Positions 35,961 through 51,212 of a stretch of 64,000 bases of DNA are shown one piece after another. This DNA comes from the human T2T-CHM13v2.0 reference genome, Homo sapiens, in the NCBI RefSeq assembly GCF_009914755.1, contig NC_060929.1, one strand, 5' to 3'. The notes below the pieces were generated by a model. The model ran no database searches. It was not told the DNA's origin and worked only from the letters and a program-made list of their open reading frames with translations. The translations under genes and the position numbers were made by a program. The stretch's first letter is position 1. Each line of letters begins with the position of its first letter.

Positions 35961-37469
35961 AGGCGCCAGGAGTTTGGAGTCAGGAGTGGCGGGTTCCAGC
36001 CCTGGTTCTGTCACTAACTGCTTCACCATCCTTGTTTTTCCATCAGTGAAATTGGGAAAACATTTTCTGCGTGCAGAAAGCAAAGGAGAAAGGACATGAG
36101 CAAAGTATCTTGGAGAGAAGGCTTCCTTCAAGCTCCCTCCTGCTGGTTAGCTGTCCCTTTCCTGAGGACGTAGTTGTTCCAGTTGCTGGTTGTTTTGCTC
36201 CCTAGTCTCCCCCATGCCAGTTTCTTGAGGGTAGGGACTGCCTGTCTATCGTCATCTCTGAGGCATTCTCAGCTCTTGGAGCAGGGCCTGGCTAACAGTA
36301 GGTGCTCCATACATATGTACTGAGTGAAAGGATGAAAGGTGTAACCCCCCCGCCCCCCCCACAAATTGAAACAAACCTCAGGGGCTGTTATTCTGATTGA
36401 GGGCCAGGCTGGGCTCTTACTTATGCAGCTGCACTTGTTTCTTCTGGACCAGCTGGAATCCTGCTGCACCTGGGGGCTGAGGAGTCTCCGGTTCATCTGT
36501 GGTGAATACTAAGGTCCTCAAAGCTCCAGGGTGTGGTGGTGAAGGCTGCGCAATCACACAAGTATCAGAGATTCCTTGAACATCTGCTATGATGCGTGCT
36601 GCTACTGCAGTGGCCACATAGTTTGGAAGGATTGGGGATGCCTGAATTAGGTGGAGGTGGGAGCGGGAAGAACAGGTACTCTGGGGGTTAGGAGACCCTC
36701 TGAATTACCCTAATGGAGGCATTTCCCCTCTCTGGCCCTTGTCTTCCCTATCTGTAAAATGAAGACATGGGAGTGGAACAGATGTTTGTCTGTGGTTGAG
36801 CATGACATGCTCTTTGGTTTATGCAGGCCGCACAGCAGCCATCTAGACACACGCAAAGCAGCACAGCTGAGCTTTAGGACATCATGTGCTTCTGCAGTGA
36901 CAACTGAAAAAAACTAAAAAGTGTTTTCCTGCTCCAGCCGGGACCTCCTGTTCCCAGCTGTCCTGGGACTGTGAATCATGCTGTGGGGGTTACAAGTCAT
37001 GCTTCATGAACTCTCCCACAAGTGACCTCTCCGAACCTCAGAACTGTGGCTCCATGACACTAAAGATCTGGGGAGTCCCAGAGAACAGCCAGAGAACCAC
37101 TGAGTCGCGGTGAGGTGTTAGAGATGCAAAACAAATGAGAGACTCTGGGGGCCTGTGGTCAGGTCAGATCCTGGGCCCTTGGGGGTGACAGACCAAGGGG
37201 ATAAGGGCCAGTCACAGCCTCAGATGCTTTCTCAGCCATACGCCAATCCTTTAAACGTTGTGCCTCCATTTCTTCTCTATGGATTGAAACATGCAAAGGA
37301 AATACCTCCAAGGAAAGAGAATATCTTGGTTGGGTGTGGCGGTGGTATAAAAAATGGGCACGTGTACTCACAAACACAGTTTATTGAGGTATAGGAGTAA
37401 GTGTTGGCATTGCGACACCCTGCCTTGTCCTCCCCCACCCTGACTGGCCCAGTAAGCGGAATGATGTTA

Positions 37470-37710
37470 TAATGATCATACTTGCCATTTACTGAGTACT
37501 TACTATAAGCTAGGCATGACTCTAAGCATTTTACTTGTATTAACTCATTTAGGCTTTACCACAATCCTATTAGGGAGGGACTGTCATCACCTCCATTTTA
37601 TGGATGAGGAAACTGAGGTCCAGAGAGAGTGACTCACCCATGATCACACAGAAAGTAAGTGGCAGAGCTGTAATTTGAACGCAGGCACCCTGGCTCCAGG
37701 GCCTATTCTC
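37470..37710. mobile_element. MIR
   Basis: CATTTACTGAGTACTTACTAT...CCATTTTATGGATGAGGAAACTGAGG...AGTAAGTGGCAGAGC. Confidence 0.8.
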
Positions 37711-40403
37711 TGAACTTCATTGGAATTGGGGGGAACTAGGTTCAGATCTTGCCTCTGTCACTTACTTTCAGGGTGACCTGAGAGAAGTTAAGTGAGAATT
37801 TGATAGTCACTGTTCTAGTGGATCCCTAGAGACCTAGTATCCTTCCAACTCACTAGGGAAACAGAAGGTGAACCTCAAGAGATAATGGAGACATCTAGCA
37901 GTAAAGGCTAAGAATTAGGTAGTTAGGAAGGGGAACTGCTCAGAAGTATAATTGCCTGGCACATTAAACAACAGCAAGCTAGATTCCACGTCTAAACCAT
38001 ATACTTTAAATTGCTTAGTTGTGTATAGATAGAGCTTCCTTATTTTATTGATTTGCACTCTGATTGGCTGATTGGATATGTTTCTTGCTAGTGACCCACT
38101 ATATAGGATCATATTCAAGATTCTGGGGACCAGGACATAGATGTCTTTGGTGGTGGTGGTGGTGGGCATTATTCTGCTTTCCACACACATGAGGCTGACT
38201 TTGGGAGAGCGACCTGTTGAGGCTCACACATTGAGGCAAGGCACTACCACCGCCCGGTGCTCTTGCAGCTCTGTCACGGAGCACCCTGCCAGCACCTCTC
38301 ATGGACAGTCTCCTTTGTTAGCCCGACACACAGCAGGCACTTAGTCACTGGCAAATAGCAATGATGGATAGTAGTGCCTTAAACAGGATGCTGGGGATTT
38401 GGCCTGGGCTTTCTCCTCTGCTAGCTCTCTGTTGGTTTCTAAGACTCTGTGATTGGCTGGGTCAGATGGTACGTGCGGTCTTACACAGCTCTGGCTGTGT
38501 TCCGATCTCTTTGAAATATCTTGGTGTTTTTCCATTTTTCCAGCCACAGAGGAGCAGATGGAAACTCAGGCAGGTCTGTAGTCTGTTAGGAAGTTTGGAG
38601 AGACAGGGGCCAGTTGGGGTGAAATGAGAACAGAGTGCTCCTTAGGGACTTTGGGTCATTGGAGAAAAGGCTGTGATTTGATTCATTTCACATTTTTGGT
38701 AGTTGTATGTCCTGTCCATTCCTTCCTCTGGCCCCTTTATTTGGACCAAAGGTCCCTGGTGAAATGACTGTGCTGGGTTGGTAAATGTTTGAGGCTGTTA
38801 CACAGTGGGAGGAGAAATACTTCCAAGAGTAAATGTGAAGCTGGTATGTCCTTCTCATATTGGACTTGGCATGGGAAACCTGCCCCCACTTTTATCAGCC
38901 TCCCTGACCTCTTCTAAGAACAGAAAGATTCACATCTTGGGCAACATCACTGCTCCCCTCACCCCTGGTCCCTCCTCCCCACCTCAGTCCCCAGCTCCTG
39001 AGCACATGGAGTCAGAACTCGAATTTGAGCTTATCGGCCCAAGCAAATCAACAAGTGGGAATCCTAGAGGGCTTCGTTCTGAAAGGCCAGTTCTCTTCTG
39101 CCTGGTATGTACAGGGTGGGCTGGGGAAGAAAGAGCCCCCCATAATCCTTCCTGAATGTACAAAGAGCCCAGAAAATGATAAAATCAGAGGACATCATGT
39201 TATTTTGGAGATAGTGTTCTGACTTTTAGAATCACTGGGACTTTTGCAGGGATGAGGATTCTTTCTGGACCTCTTCAGTCAATTAGGTTCCACGAGTGAG
39301 CTCACATCTGAAATAATCTTCCCATATTCATTTCTTCATTGATTTCATATTTGTTGGCACTTGTGATATGCCAGGCCCTGTGATAGGTGCTGAGGACACA
39401 GCAATACACAAGAGGTGAGGCTTCTGCTCTCCCTGTGCTTGCGTTTGAGGGAGCAAATGAACAAGTCTTTAGCCTGATAGGAAAAAAGCCAATAAAAACA
39501 AACAAGCAACAAACAAGCTAATTTTAGATTGTGAAAAGCATATGCAGAAAATAAAACAAGATAAGAGTGATAGTTTAACAGAGTGGGTCGGGAAAAACTT
39601 TACTAAAACGTAACATTTAGGTTGAGGTCATGGACATTGAGACAATGGACAGGGGAGGAAAAGAGCATTCTGAGAAGGAACAGCAAACACAAAGTTCTTC
39701 AAGTGGGATCAGCCCCTGGGACACAGTTGTTAGGTTCCCCAGGCTACAAAGTGGCCAGTGTGGCCCCATCTAGGAACTTGAATTGCCCTCTCTGGCTTAA
39801 ATGTTCCATTCTTCCTTGACAACCTCAGCAGCATCTTCTGAGGGTGGAGACTTTTTGGAAGGGGTCCTATAAGGTGGACAATGCTGGCAAACCCTCTAGT
39901 CCTGTGCCCTGGGAACCATCAGCCTTGTTCACATTCTGCAAAATACTTGAAGAGTCATGTATCTTTGGACGCCTCAGCATCAGTGACTTGGAGCTGGTTA
40001 TAGCTGTCTGCTCTCTGGCCACCGTGGCTGGTGGAAACAAAACAGCAGCAGCATGGTCTGCCCAGAGTTCTGGCAGTGCTGGGCTAAGGCCACACCTGCA
40101 GGAAGCCACCTGCCTCTATCTGCCTTGTCTCCCACTTTGAGATAATTAAGCTTGCCTGCCAGCAGGCAGTCACTTCTTTTATTGCCTTCTTCCTCAGTGA
40201 ACTCTGGCAGTAAAACCGGTTGGATAACCATTGGCAAGCTCTCAAAAGTTGACTGTTAGTTGCAGCTCGGATGTGGAGGGTGTAAGTTTCCGGTGGGAGG
40301 TTCAAGCTGGGGACAGCTTAAAATTTTTTTACTTAAAAAAACTTTTCACTGTGGTTTCCTACATTGGGCCCAGATCAGTCACGAAGCAGTCACGGCACCC
40401 TAA

Positions 40404-40670
<267 letters not shown>

Positions 40671-41403
40671 TTTAGGAACGATGCCGGGTTCACTAGCTCA
40701 GCTTAACTTCGTGAAGCCCTTACTGTGTACCAGACGTTGTCCTAAGTGCTTTATGCGCATTAGCTCATTTAACCTCCAGAGCATCCCTATGAAGTGGTTA
40801 CAATTATTAGTTATTATTTCCATTTTACAAATTAGGAGACTAAAGCTCAAAGAGGTTAAACCTCTTGCCAAAGCCACCAGGACTCCATATGCTTCCAACA
40901 CTTCATGTATCTCATCAACTCTGGGCTTTGTTGATAACATCTATTCTGCTCATCCTGCCTTTCCCCACAAGATCTGAGAGAGACATCTTGAAATCTCCCA
41001 CTATAATTGCAGATTTGTCTATTTCTCCTTATAATTCTGAGATTAGGTACCTAAAAATAGAAAATCACTTTACCTTTTTGGTATCTTTAGTAATACTTTC
41101 TGCCTAAAAGTCTACTTGGCCTTATACTAGTAAGGGACTACCAGCGTATGTGATTCATGGTTACACGGTGTTTCATTTGTATCCTTTGACTTTTTAACCC
41201 TTCCAATCCCCATGTGTCTCTTATAAAAAATATATATGTATGTGTATATTTTATCCTTATTTATATGTACCCTAACGGTCCTTGTTAGTTTGGGTTTAAA
41301 TCTACCATCTTTCTCTGTGCTTTCTATTTGTCCCCTTTATTCTAAGTATTTGTTGTTGTTTTTCTCCTCTCCTGTTTTCCGCTGGAAATTATGCACTCTT
41401 TGA

Positions 41404-41900
<497 letters not shown>

Positions 41901-41903
41901 TGA

Positions 41904-42413
<510 letters not shown>

Positions 42414-42801
42414 TAATTATGGATTCCAATTTATGTATTCTGCTAGGAGTTCATGGGACATCTTTAGTATGCAAATTGGTGTCTTTCATCAGTTTTGGAA
42501 ACTTCTGTTATTATTTACTCCAATATTGTTCTGCTTCATTCTTTCTTTTCTCCTTCTGATACTCCAGTATATTTATGTTGTACCTTGTCACTGTTTCCTC
42601 TATCTCTCTTACCTATTTCTTTTTCTGTATTTTCCATCCTTTTGTTTATCCTTACTTCATTCTAAGTATTTTCCCCTGATCTTTTTTCCAGTTTACTAAT
42701 TCTCTCTTTTACTATGGCTAATCTACTGAATTTTTAAGCCTATCTACTGAATTTTAAATTTCTATTATATTTTTCAGTTTTAGAATTTTTATTTGGTTCT
42801 C

Positions 42802-43100
42802 TTTGTTGTTGTTGTTTTTCGAGACAGGGTCTCACTCTGTCACCCAGACTGGAGTGCAGTGGCCCAGTCATGGCTCACTGTAGCCCTAGCCTCCTGGGCT
42901 CAAGTGATCCTCCCACCTCAGCCTCCTGAGTAGCTGGGACTACAGGTGCACACCATGCCCATCTAATTTTAAAATTTTTTTTGTGGAGATGGGATTTTGC
43001 CATGTTGCTTAGGCTGATCTTGAATTCCTGAGCTCAAGTGATCCACCTGCCTTTCCCTCCAAAAGTGCTGAGATCACAGGTGTGAGCCACCACTTGTAAC
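42802..43100 (-). mobile_element. Alu (AluJ-like)
   Basis: GAGACAGGGTCTCACTCTG...CTCCTGGGCTCAAGTGATCCTCCC. Confidence 0.88.
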
Positions 43101-44883
43101 CTCTATTTGATTCTTTTAAAAAAATCTGTTTATTCTTTCTTATAATTTCAAATTCTCTGTCAAAATTCTCAAACTTGGAGTTTTTTCCTCCTTGAACATA
43201 GTAAGCTAAGTTATTTGAACTATGTGTCTGTCTGATGACTCCAATATCTGGAGCCCCGGTAGACTTTTTTTTCTATTGTCTGTTGTTTCTGATTATTTTG
43301 TTTTTATCATCCTGTCTTTTTGCATTCTTGATTAATTTTGGTTATGTGTTGGACATTATATTTGTAAACAAAACATAATTTGAGACCTATCATGATGATA
43401 TTGCCTCCAGAGAGGATGTATATTTGCTTCTACCAAGCACCTGGAGATTCCTTAATTTAATTTCAGGAGCTATGATAATGCAAAGCTGAGTTGTAGTCTC
43501 TGGGAGGACTAGTATACTTCCAGTTCATCTTTAGCACTAAGGGTGCTTTTTAAGGTCCAAGCTCAAAGTGCAGAAGTTTTACTCTCCCTCTCTTGGCAGT
43601 CTTGGACTCCAACTTTTGTCCCCTTAGTCTCCTGAGTCAGTACTGCTCAGTCTCCATTCTCCGGTAGGGGAAAATGACAGGCTCTCCTCCCTGGATTTTT
43701 GCCTTCTCCCAGAAAAGTGGGACCAAAAAAACCTAAATGAAGCTTAGAGTCCTGCTTTTTCTCAAGCAATGAAGACTGGTAATTCTTCATTATTTCATTA
43801 GCTCTTAGTGCCTTCCATCAGGTTTTTTTGGTCCCACTTTTCTAGCTGTCTTCAGTAAAAGGACTAGTCCAAATTGTCTAGTTCACCATTACCAGAATCG
43901 GAAGTCCTGATCTTTATAGATTGCGTATCTCTTCTTAATTCTCTAAATATGGAATGGCCTTCAGCTGAAAACAGTGTTTGACCTGGACTTAGAAGAAAGC
44001 TGTGGGTCTGGTATACTCCATGCTTATACATTGGGTCTGTGTGGACTCTTTGGAGGTAGCTGTAGTGTAGTGGTAAGTAAGTGCAGAATCAGGATTCCTG
44101 AGTATGAATCCTGTTCACTTAGCTTTATGATCAATGGCTGGCTAACCTCTCTCAGTTTTAGTTTTTATAGCTGTAAAATCCCCACATAGGATTTTTGTGA
44201 AGTTTTAATAAGTTAATGAATGGGATTTGTTAAGCAAATACAAATAGTACAAATTTGTGAAATAAAACAATTTATTTTTGTTTTTACAAATTTAAACAAA
44301 TACAATTTGTTAAGCAAATGCTGGCTCGTGTGATCCTGTGTTTGAGGAAATAAGGGAAGTGGTATTTCACTTCCCTGTGCTTCTTGAAGCACAGAGTCAT
44401 AAGGAGTAAGTAATAGTAAGTCCTGAGAGAGTATCTTGCAAATACCAAGTACTTGACATATGAATAAATGAATGAATATCCTGGACAGAGTTACTTATCA
44501 TGATAATACTGAACCAAAAATAAAAACAGTATTGTCCTGTCAGAGAGGAAAAAGTTGCTTGCTAGAGAGTCTGACGAGTAGATAACACAGGCTTGTTGCC
44601 TTGAATCCAGTTACCCTAAAACTATCAACTTGTAGGAAATTTTAATTTATGAAATTTATATAATTTTTATATAACTAGAAAACTTGCCAAATGGTGGGAT
44701 TGGCCGAAACAATGATTCTTTCTTTTGCAAAAAGAACTTTTAATTGCTTAAGAAAAGTGGTCCCAGAAGTAAAATTTGATGTTTCCTAATCAGGCAGTAG
44801 GGCTTCCCTTTGCCTGCCTAAACTGGATCAAGTGGAGTACTTAAAAGAGGGGATGAATTTTTACCTTTGGAAAAGTAAAATTT

Positions 44884-45180
44884 GACCAGGTGCGGTCACT
44901 CTCCTTTGGGAAACTGAGGTGGGCGGATCACTTGAGGCCAGGAGTTCAAGACCAGACTGGGCAACATGGCAAAACCTTATCTCTACAAAAAATACAAAAA
45001 TTAGCCAGGTGTGGTGGCGCACACCTGTAGTCCCAGCTACTCAAGAGGCTGAGGCACAGGTTTGCTTGAACCTGGGAGGTACAGGATGCAGTGAGCTGAG
45101 ATCACGCCACTGCACTCCAGCCTGGGCAACTGAGCGAGACTGTGTCTCAAAAAAAAAAAAAAAAGAAAAAAAAGAAAAAA
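44884..45180 (+). mobile_element. Alu
   Basis: Dimer with a small left-arm deletion and a long A-tail. Confidence 0.9.
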
Positions 45181-47844
45181 GTTTTTTTCCTCTTTCGTAG
45201 AAACTACATTGCTTTTCCCCCCACCTTATATTTGGTCTTGTTAGTGGACACAAAATAGTCATTTTGGGATTGTTGACTTTTCCATTGAATTGGCTAAGTT
45301 ACTTAACCCCTATGGACTGAGGAGGAGCAATGATGTGTCCAGTTCACAGGGCTGGTGGTATAGGGCCTGTGATCTGATGGGATGGCATGTTTGGTGCTAG
45401 TGGCTTTTCTGCTGGTGAGCTCAGGGTGGTTTCCGTGCAGTTTCTTAGACAAACTTATATTGAACATATGTCAAAGTTTATTATTTGTTAAGGAGGCAAA
45501 TAGCAGATAAAGTATGCTGGTTCAAAATAATGAGAGTTTAGACCTGATTGATGTTTTACTTCCTATGGTTATAAAAACATCATATTCTTATCAGTGATAG
45601 GCATAAATTTGTGACATAAATGGTTTGGGCCATATCCAACATGAACCATTAATAAGAAATATCAAGCAATATATCTGTGAGGCAAATGATAAATTAATCT
45701 ATGACTATTATATTAGACATACCAAGAAACAAGGTTTTATGCACTCATGACAGAGAGGTCAAATAGAAGTCAGCTAGGAGAAGCTTAGAGTCCTGCTTTT
45801 TCTCAAGCAAATATTTCTAGTGTGCAATTAAAGATGCTGAAGATATGGTTTGCTTAGCTCTTATTTGGGAGACAAAATTTTTCTTTGACAGTAGGGAGAG
45901 GTGGAAGCGACTGGAACCCATGTTACATGGGGAAGAACAGTGCAGCAAAGGACACGTTTGAGTTTCGAGAAGAGTGAAACAGGGAGATAGAGCTCCCTGT
46001 GCCCTCTGACACCCGACTACTTCTATGGCCAGCCTTAGAATCTTGGAACAGTAGCTCTGGAAGGGCCCTTGGAGAACATTGCAACTTGTGGCTTTCACAC
46101 TATGTTCTGAGGAGCCCAGGGGGTCGAGGGGAAACTGAATAGTAGCACTGCCCTACCAAGTAAGCCCGCTGCACTGAGCAGGCATGCCAAAGGACAGCTG
46201 GGAAAAGTTTTTTCCAATTTTTTCAGTTAGAAGAAAGAACCGACTTTAATTTCGTAACATGCAAAGTTTGTGTGTTATGGTGTAGTATTATTTTTAGTTT
46301 GAATTGCATATGTGAAGGGGGTGGGCACCCTCATCTCTAGTGCTTAGGGTCTCTGAGGATAATGTATTCAGCTCTGCTGGGTAGGTAGGACTGCACGCTT
46401 CCCCTGCCAGGCCCCCACTTTCCAGGCTCTACTAGAGCAGCCTTACTTTAGCTGTTGGGTATTGGGGTTAGAATAACAATTTCATTTGCAAAAGAGTAAT
46501 ATTAGTACAGTCTAGGATACAGGTTACAGAAGAATTTCATTTATTCATCTACTTGTTCTGTTTTGTTTTAGTTAGGGGCAGCGACACGATCAGATCTATG
46601 TATTTGAATGATTATTCCCTTAAGGAGTAAGACTGCAGGAGGGAGAAGACCCCCTGGACCTCAGTTTCACCATCTGTGAAATGGCACTCATTCTAGCTTT
46701 AATGTTCCAGGATTCTTGATTGTGGATGAGCCCCGAAGCCTGAGTTCCTGTATCTTACAGGCTTTGCTTATGAAAATCAGCCAGGGTGATTACGTCTTCC
46801 TGGCATTTGAAGTCAGGAAGACTGTTTGATGTTAAAGGGTTTACAGGAAAGGACTCTTGTGGGGTTCCTTTAGTCTAAGGCAGCTAGCTGTTGATGTAGT
46901 CAGGAGACCACAAAGAATGATTTATCCCGCCCCCGGTCCTCTAACAGTTTCAGTCTCCTGTGACTCATGCTTCTGTGTCTTAGACCTTGGGGAAAGTTAC
47001 TCCATTTCCTAGGCTGAGACAGGGCCAGCCTGTGCTTCTGTCTCCTCTGCAAGCTCGGCAGATAATCCTATGGCCCTGGGGAGCTTTGTCAGAGGCTTCT
47101 CCTTCATCTGGGAACTTGCCCAGATCTGCCCAGCCTGGCTGCAGAGCACCTGGGAATCAATTCCCAAATCTTAATGCCAGAAAAGGCCTTAGGGGTCTTA
47201 AAGATTTGTTGAGTCCAGAGGTTCCCAAATCTGGCTGCACGTTGGAATCACCTGGACAATGGGAAAAAAGGGCTCCTCCTCATCCCCTTTGAGTCTAATT
47301 CAGTATGTATGGATTGAGACCCAGAAATCAGTGTTCTTTTATACTGTCTTAAGGTCACTTACCATGGTATGTGGCATTTGGTGACTGCTGATCTAGTCTC
47401 ATCTCTTAATTTTATTTGATTTTAAAATTGTATATGTGTGTTTTTACTTTTTAAGATGGAGAATTATTAAGACAAAAACAAAAAAAAAGCCTCTTTGCCC
47501 CCTTAACCCAGTTGGCATAAAAAATTAGAAGTAATAAATGCTCATGTTGAGAAAATTCAAACGGCATAAAATCATGTTTTATGAATGAAGAATGAAAAGC
47601 AAAACCTCTTATTCCTAGTCCAGCTCCCGAAAAGGTAACCACTATTAACACTTTCTTGAGAGTACACTCAGAAAGTAATTTTCCTGTATATATCCTCGCC
47701 TATTTCCCTACTTAATTCTACAAAATCTGAACCAAAGGAATCATCCTATACACAAGTGTTCTGCACTTTATTTTTATTTTTTCCACTTAAAACTTTTGGA
47801 GTTCACTACAGATCAGATTCCTCTTAAATGACTAATAAATAAAT

Positions 47845-48365
47845 TAATTTTTTTATCTCAGTACTTATTTATTCCTCCTGCCTAACTGAAACATAATACC
47901 CTTTGACCAGTATCTCCCCATTCCCCCGACCTTCCAGCCTCTGGTGACCACCAGAGGCTTTGCTTTCTGCTTCTATGGGTCTGATATTTTTAGCTTCCAT
48001 ATATAAATGAGAACTTGAGATATTTGTCTTTCTGTGCCTGGCTTATATCCTTTAGCATAATGTCCTCATGTTCATCTATGTTGTCACAAATGGCACTAAT
48101 TTCCTTCTTTTCTAAGACTAAATAATATTCCATTGAGTATATGCCACATTATCTCTATCCATTCATGGTTAATAGACACTTAGGTTTATTCCATAACTTG
48201 GCTCTTGTGAATAATGCTGAAATAAACATGGGAGTGCAGAAATCTCTTTGACATACTGATTTCAAATCCTTTGGTTATATGCCCAGAAGTGAGATTACTG
48301 AGATCATATAGTGACTCTATTTTCAATTATTTGAGGAACCTCCATTCTGTTTTTCATAGTAGCTG
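47845..48365 (-). mobile_element. L1MA/L1MB 3' fragment
   Basis: AGTACTTATTTATTCCTCCTGCCTAACTGAAAC...TTGTCTTTCTGTGCCTGGCTTAT...CCCAGAAGTGAGATTACTG. Confidence 0.78.
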
Positions 48366-48835
48366 TATTAATTAAGTAAATTAATATTTGTAATGCATTT
48401 GGAACAATGATTGATGTGGAGTAAGTACTATATACTTGTTAAATGAATGAATGAATGGGTGAGTGAATGAATACATGAAAATTGTTGCATGGCATCCCAT
48501 TATACAGATATACCCTTCTTTATTTTACTATTAGTGGACACTTGTTGTGTCTGTTGCCTTAACAAATAATGCAGAAAGTAACATCCTTGTATGTATTTCT
48601 TGGGTACTCTCCTTTGGGTATGGTGATCAATACCTTACTTAGGGTGGCAACAGTGGACATGGAGCCAAGGGCATTAGAAAGGAAAAGTTAGTGATTAGAT
48701 AAGAATAGGAAATAGGATTGCAATTAGGAATTTTGCTTGGAACCTAGAATCACAGAATTATCGACCTTACATTTGAAAGGACCTGCAGGAGATAGTTCCA
48801 GCCTTGTGCCCTCTGGGCAGGGAATGTATTATATC

Positions 48836-49609
<774 letters not shown>

Positions 49610-51212
49610 TTGTGTCATCTATGATTTCTTTCAGCAGCGTTTTGTAGTTTTCCTTGTACAAAACACTGCTAAAAAGAAATCATAGATGATACAAACAAAT
49701 GGAAACACATTCCATGCTCATGGATGGGTAGAATAAGTATTGTGAAAATAACCATACTGCCAAAAGCAATCTACAAATTCAACGCAATCCCCATCAGAAT
49801 ACCACCATCATTCCTCACAGAATTAGAAAAAACAATTCCAAAATTCATATGGAACCAAAAAAGAGCCTGCATAGTCAAGGCAAGACTAAGCAAAAAGAAC
49901 AAATCTGAAGGCATCACACTACCTGATTTCAAACTACACTATGAGGCCATAGTCACCAAAATAGTATGGTACTGGTATAAAAATAGGCACATAGACTAAT
50001 GGAACAGAACAGAGAACCCAGAAATAAACCCAAATACTTACAGCAAACTGACCTTCAACAAAGCAAACAAAAACATGCAATGGGGAAGTGACACCCTTTT
50101 CAACAAATGGTGCTGGGATAATTGGCTAGTCACATGTAGCAGAACGAAACTGGATCCTCATCTCTCACCTCATACAAAAATCAACTCAAGATGGATTAAG
50201 GACTTAACTCTATGACCTGAAACTATAAAAATTCTAGAAGATAACTTTGGAAAAATCCTTCTAGACATTGGCTTAGGCAAGGATTTCATGACCAAGAACC
50301 CATAAGCAAATGCAATAAAACAAAGATAAATAGCTGGAACCTAATTAAACTAAAGAGCTTTTTCATGGCAAAAGGAACAGTCGGCAGAGTAAACAGACAA
50401 CCCACAGAGTGGAGAAAATCTTCACAATCTATACATCTGACAAAGGACTAATATCCAGAATCTACAACGAACTCAAACAAATCAGTAAGAAAAAACCAAA
50501 GAATCCCATCAAAAAGTGGGCTAAGGACATGAACAGACAATTCTCAAAAGAAGATGTACAAATGGTCAAAAACATATGAAAAAATGATCAACATCACTAA
50601 TGATCAGGGAAATGCAAATCAAAACCACAATGCGATACCACCTTAATCCTGCAAGAATGGCCATAATAAAAAGAAAATCAGAAAACAGTAAATGCTCGTG
50701 TGGATGTGGTGAACAGGGAACACTTCTACACTGCTGGTGGGAGTGTAAACTAGTACAGCCACTATAGAAAACAGTGTGGAGATTCCTTAAATAACTAAAA
50801 GTAGGACTACCTTTTGATCCAGCAGTCCCACTACTGGGTATCTACCCAGAGGAAGTCATTATTCGAAAAAATACTTGCACATACATGTTTATAGCAGCAC
50901 AATTCACAATTGCAAAATCATGGAACAAACCCAAATGCCCATCAATCAACAAGTGGATAAAGAAACTGTGAGATATACACATGATGGAATACTACGTAGC
51001 CATAAAAAGGAATGAATTAACAGCATTTGCAGTGACCTGGATGAGATTGGAGTCTATTATTCTAAGTGATGTAACTCAGGAATGGAACACCAAACATCGT
51101 ATGTTCTCACTGATATGTGGGAGCTAAGCTATGAGGACGCAAAGGCATAAGAATGATAATTTGGACTTTGGTGACTTGGGGGGAAGAGTGGGAGAGGGGC
51201 AGACTACAAATA
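49610..51212 (+). mobile_element. 5'-truncated L1PB-type LINE-1 in the SMIM3 intron
   Basis: ORF2 remnant [24 protein letters not shown]...[10 protein letters not shown]; 3'UTR GGGAGCTAAGCTATGAGGACGCAAAGGCATAAGAATGAT. Confidence 0.88.

Noticed and set aside
34639-36131. Stack of long overlapping ORFs (up to 266 aa) on both strands as independent genes
   Set aside because: Expected from stop-codon scarcity in a CpG island; Pro/Gly/Arg-rich with no recognisable domain. Only the spliced in-frame relation is kept as a finding.
43739-45810. 31-bp direct repeat as a CRISPR repeat, LTR pair or TSD of a 2-kb element
   Set aside because: Only two copies, no spacer array; the intervening DNA is a mix of older L1M, MIR and Alu, and the left copy is fused to an inverted local copy.
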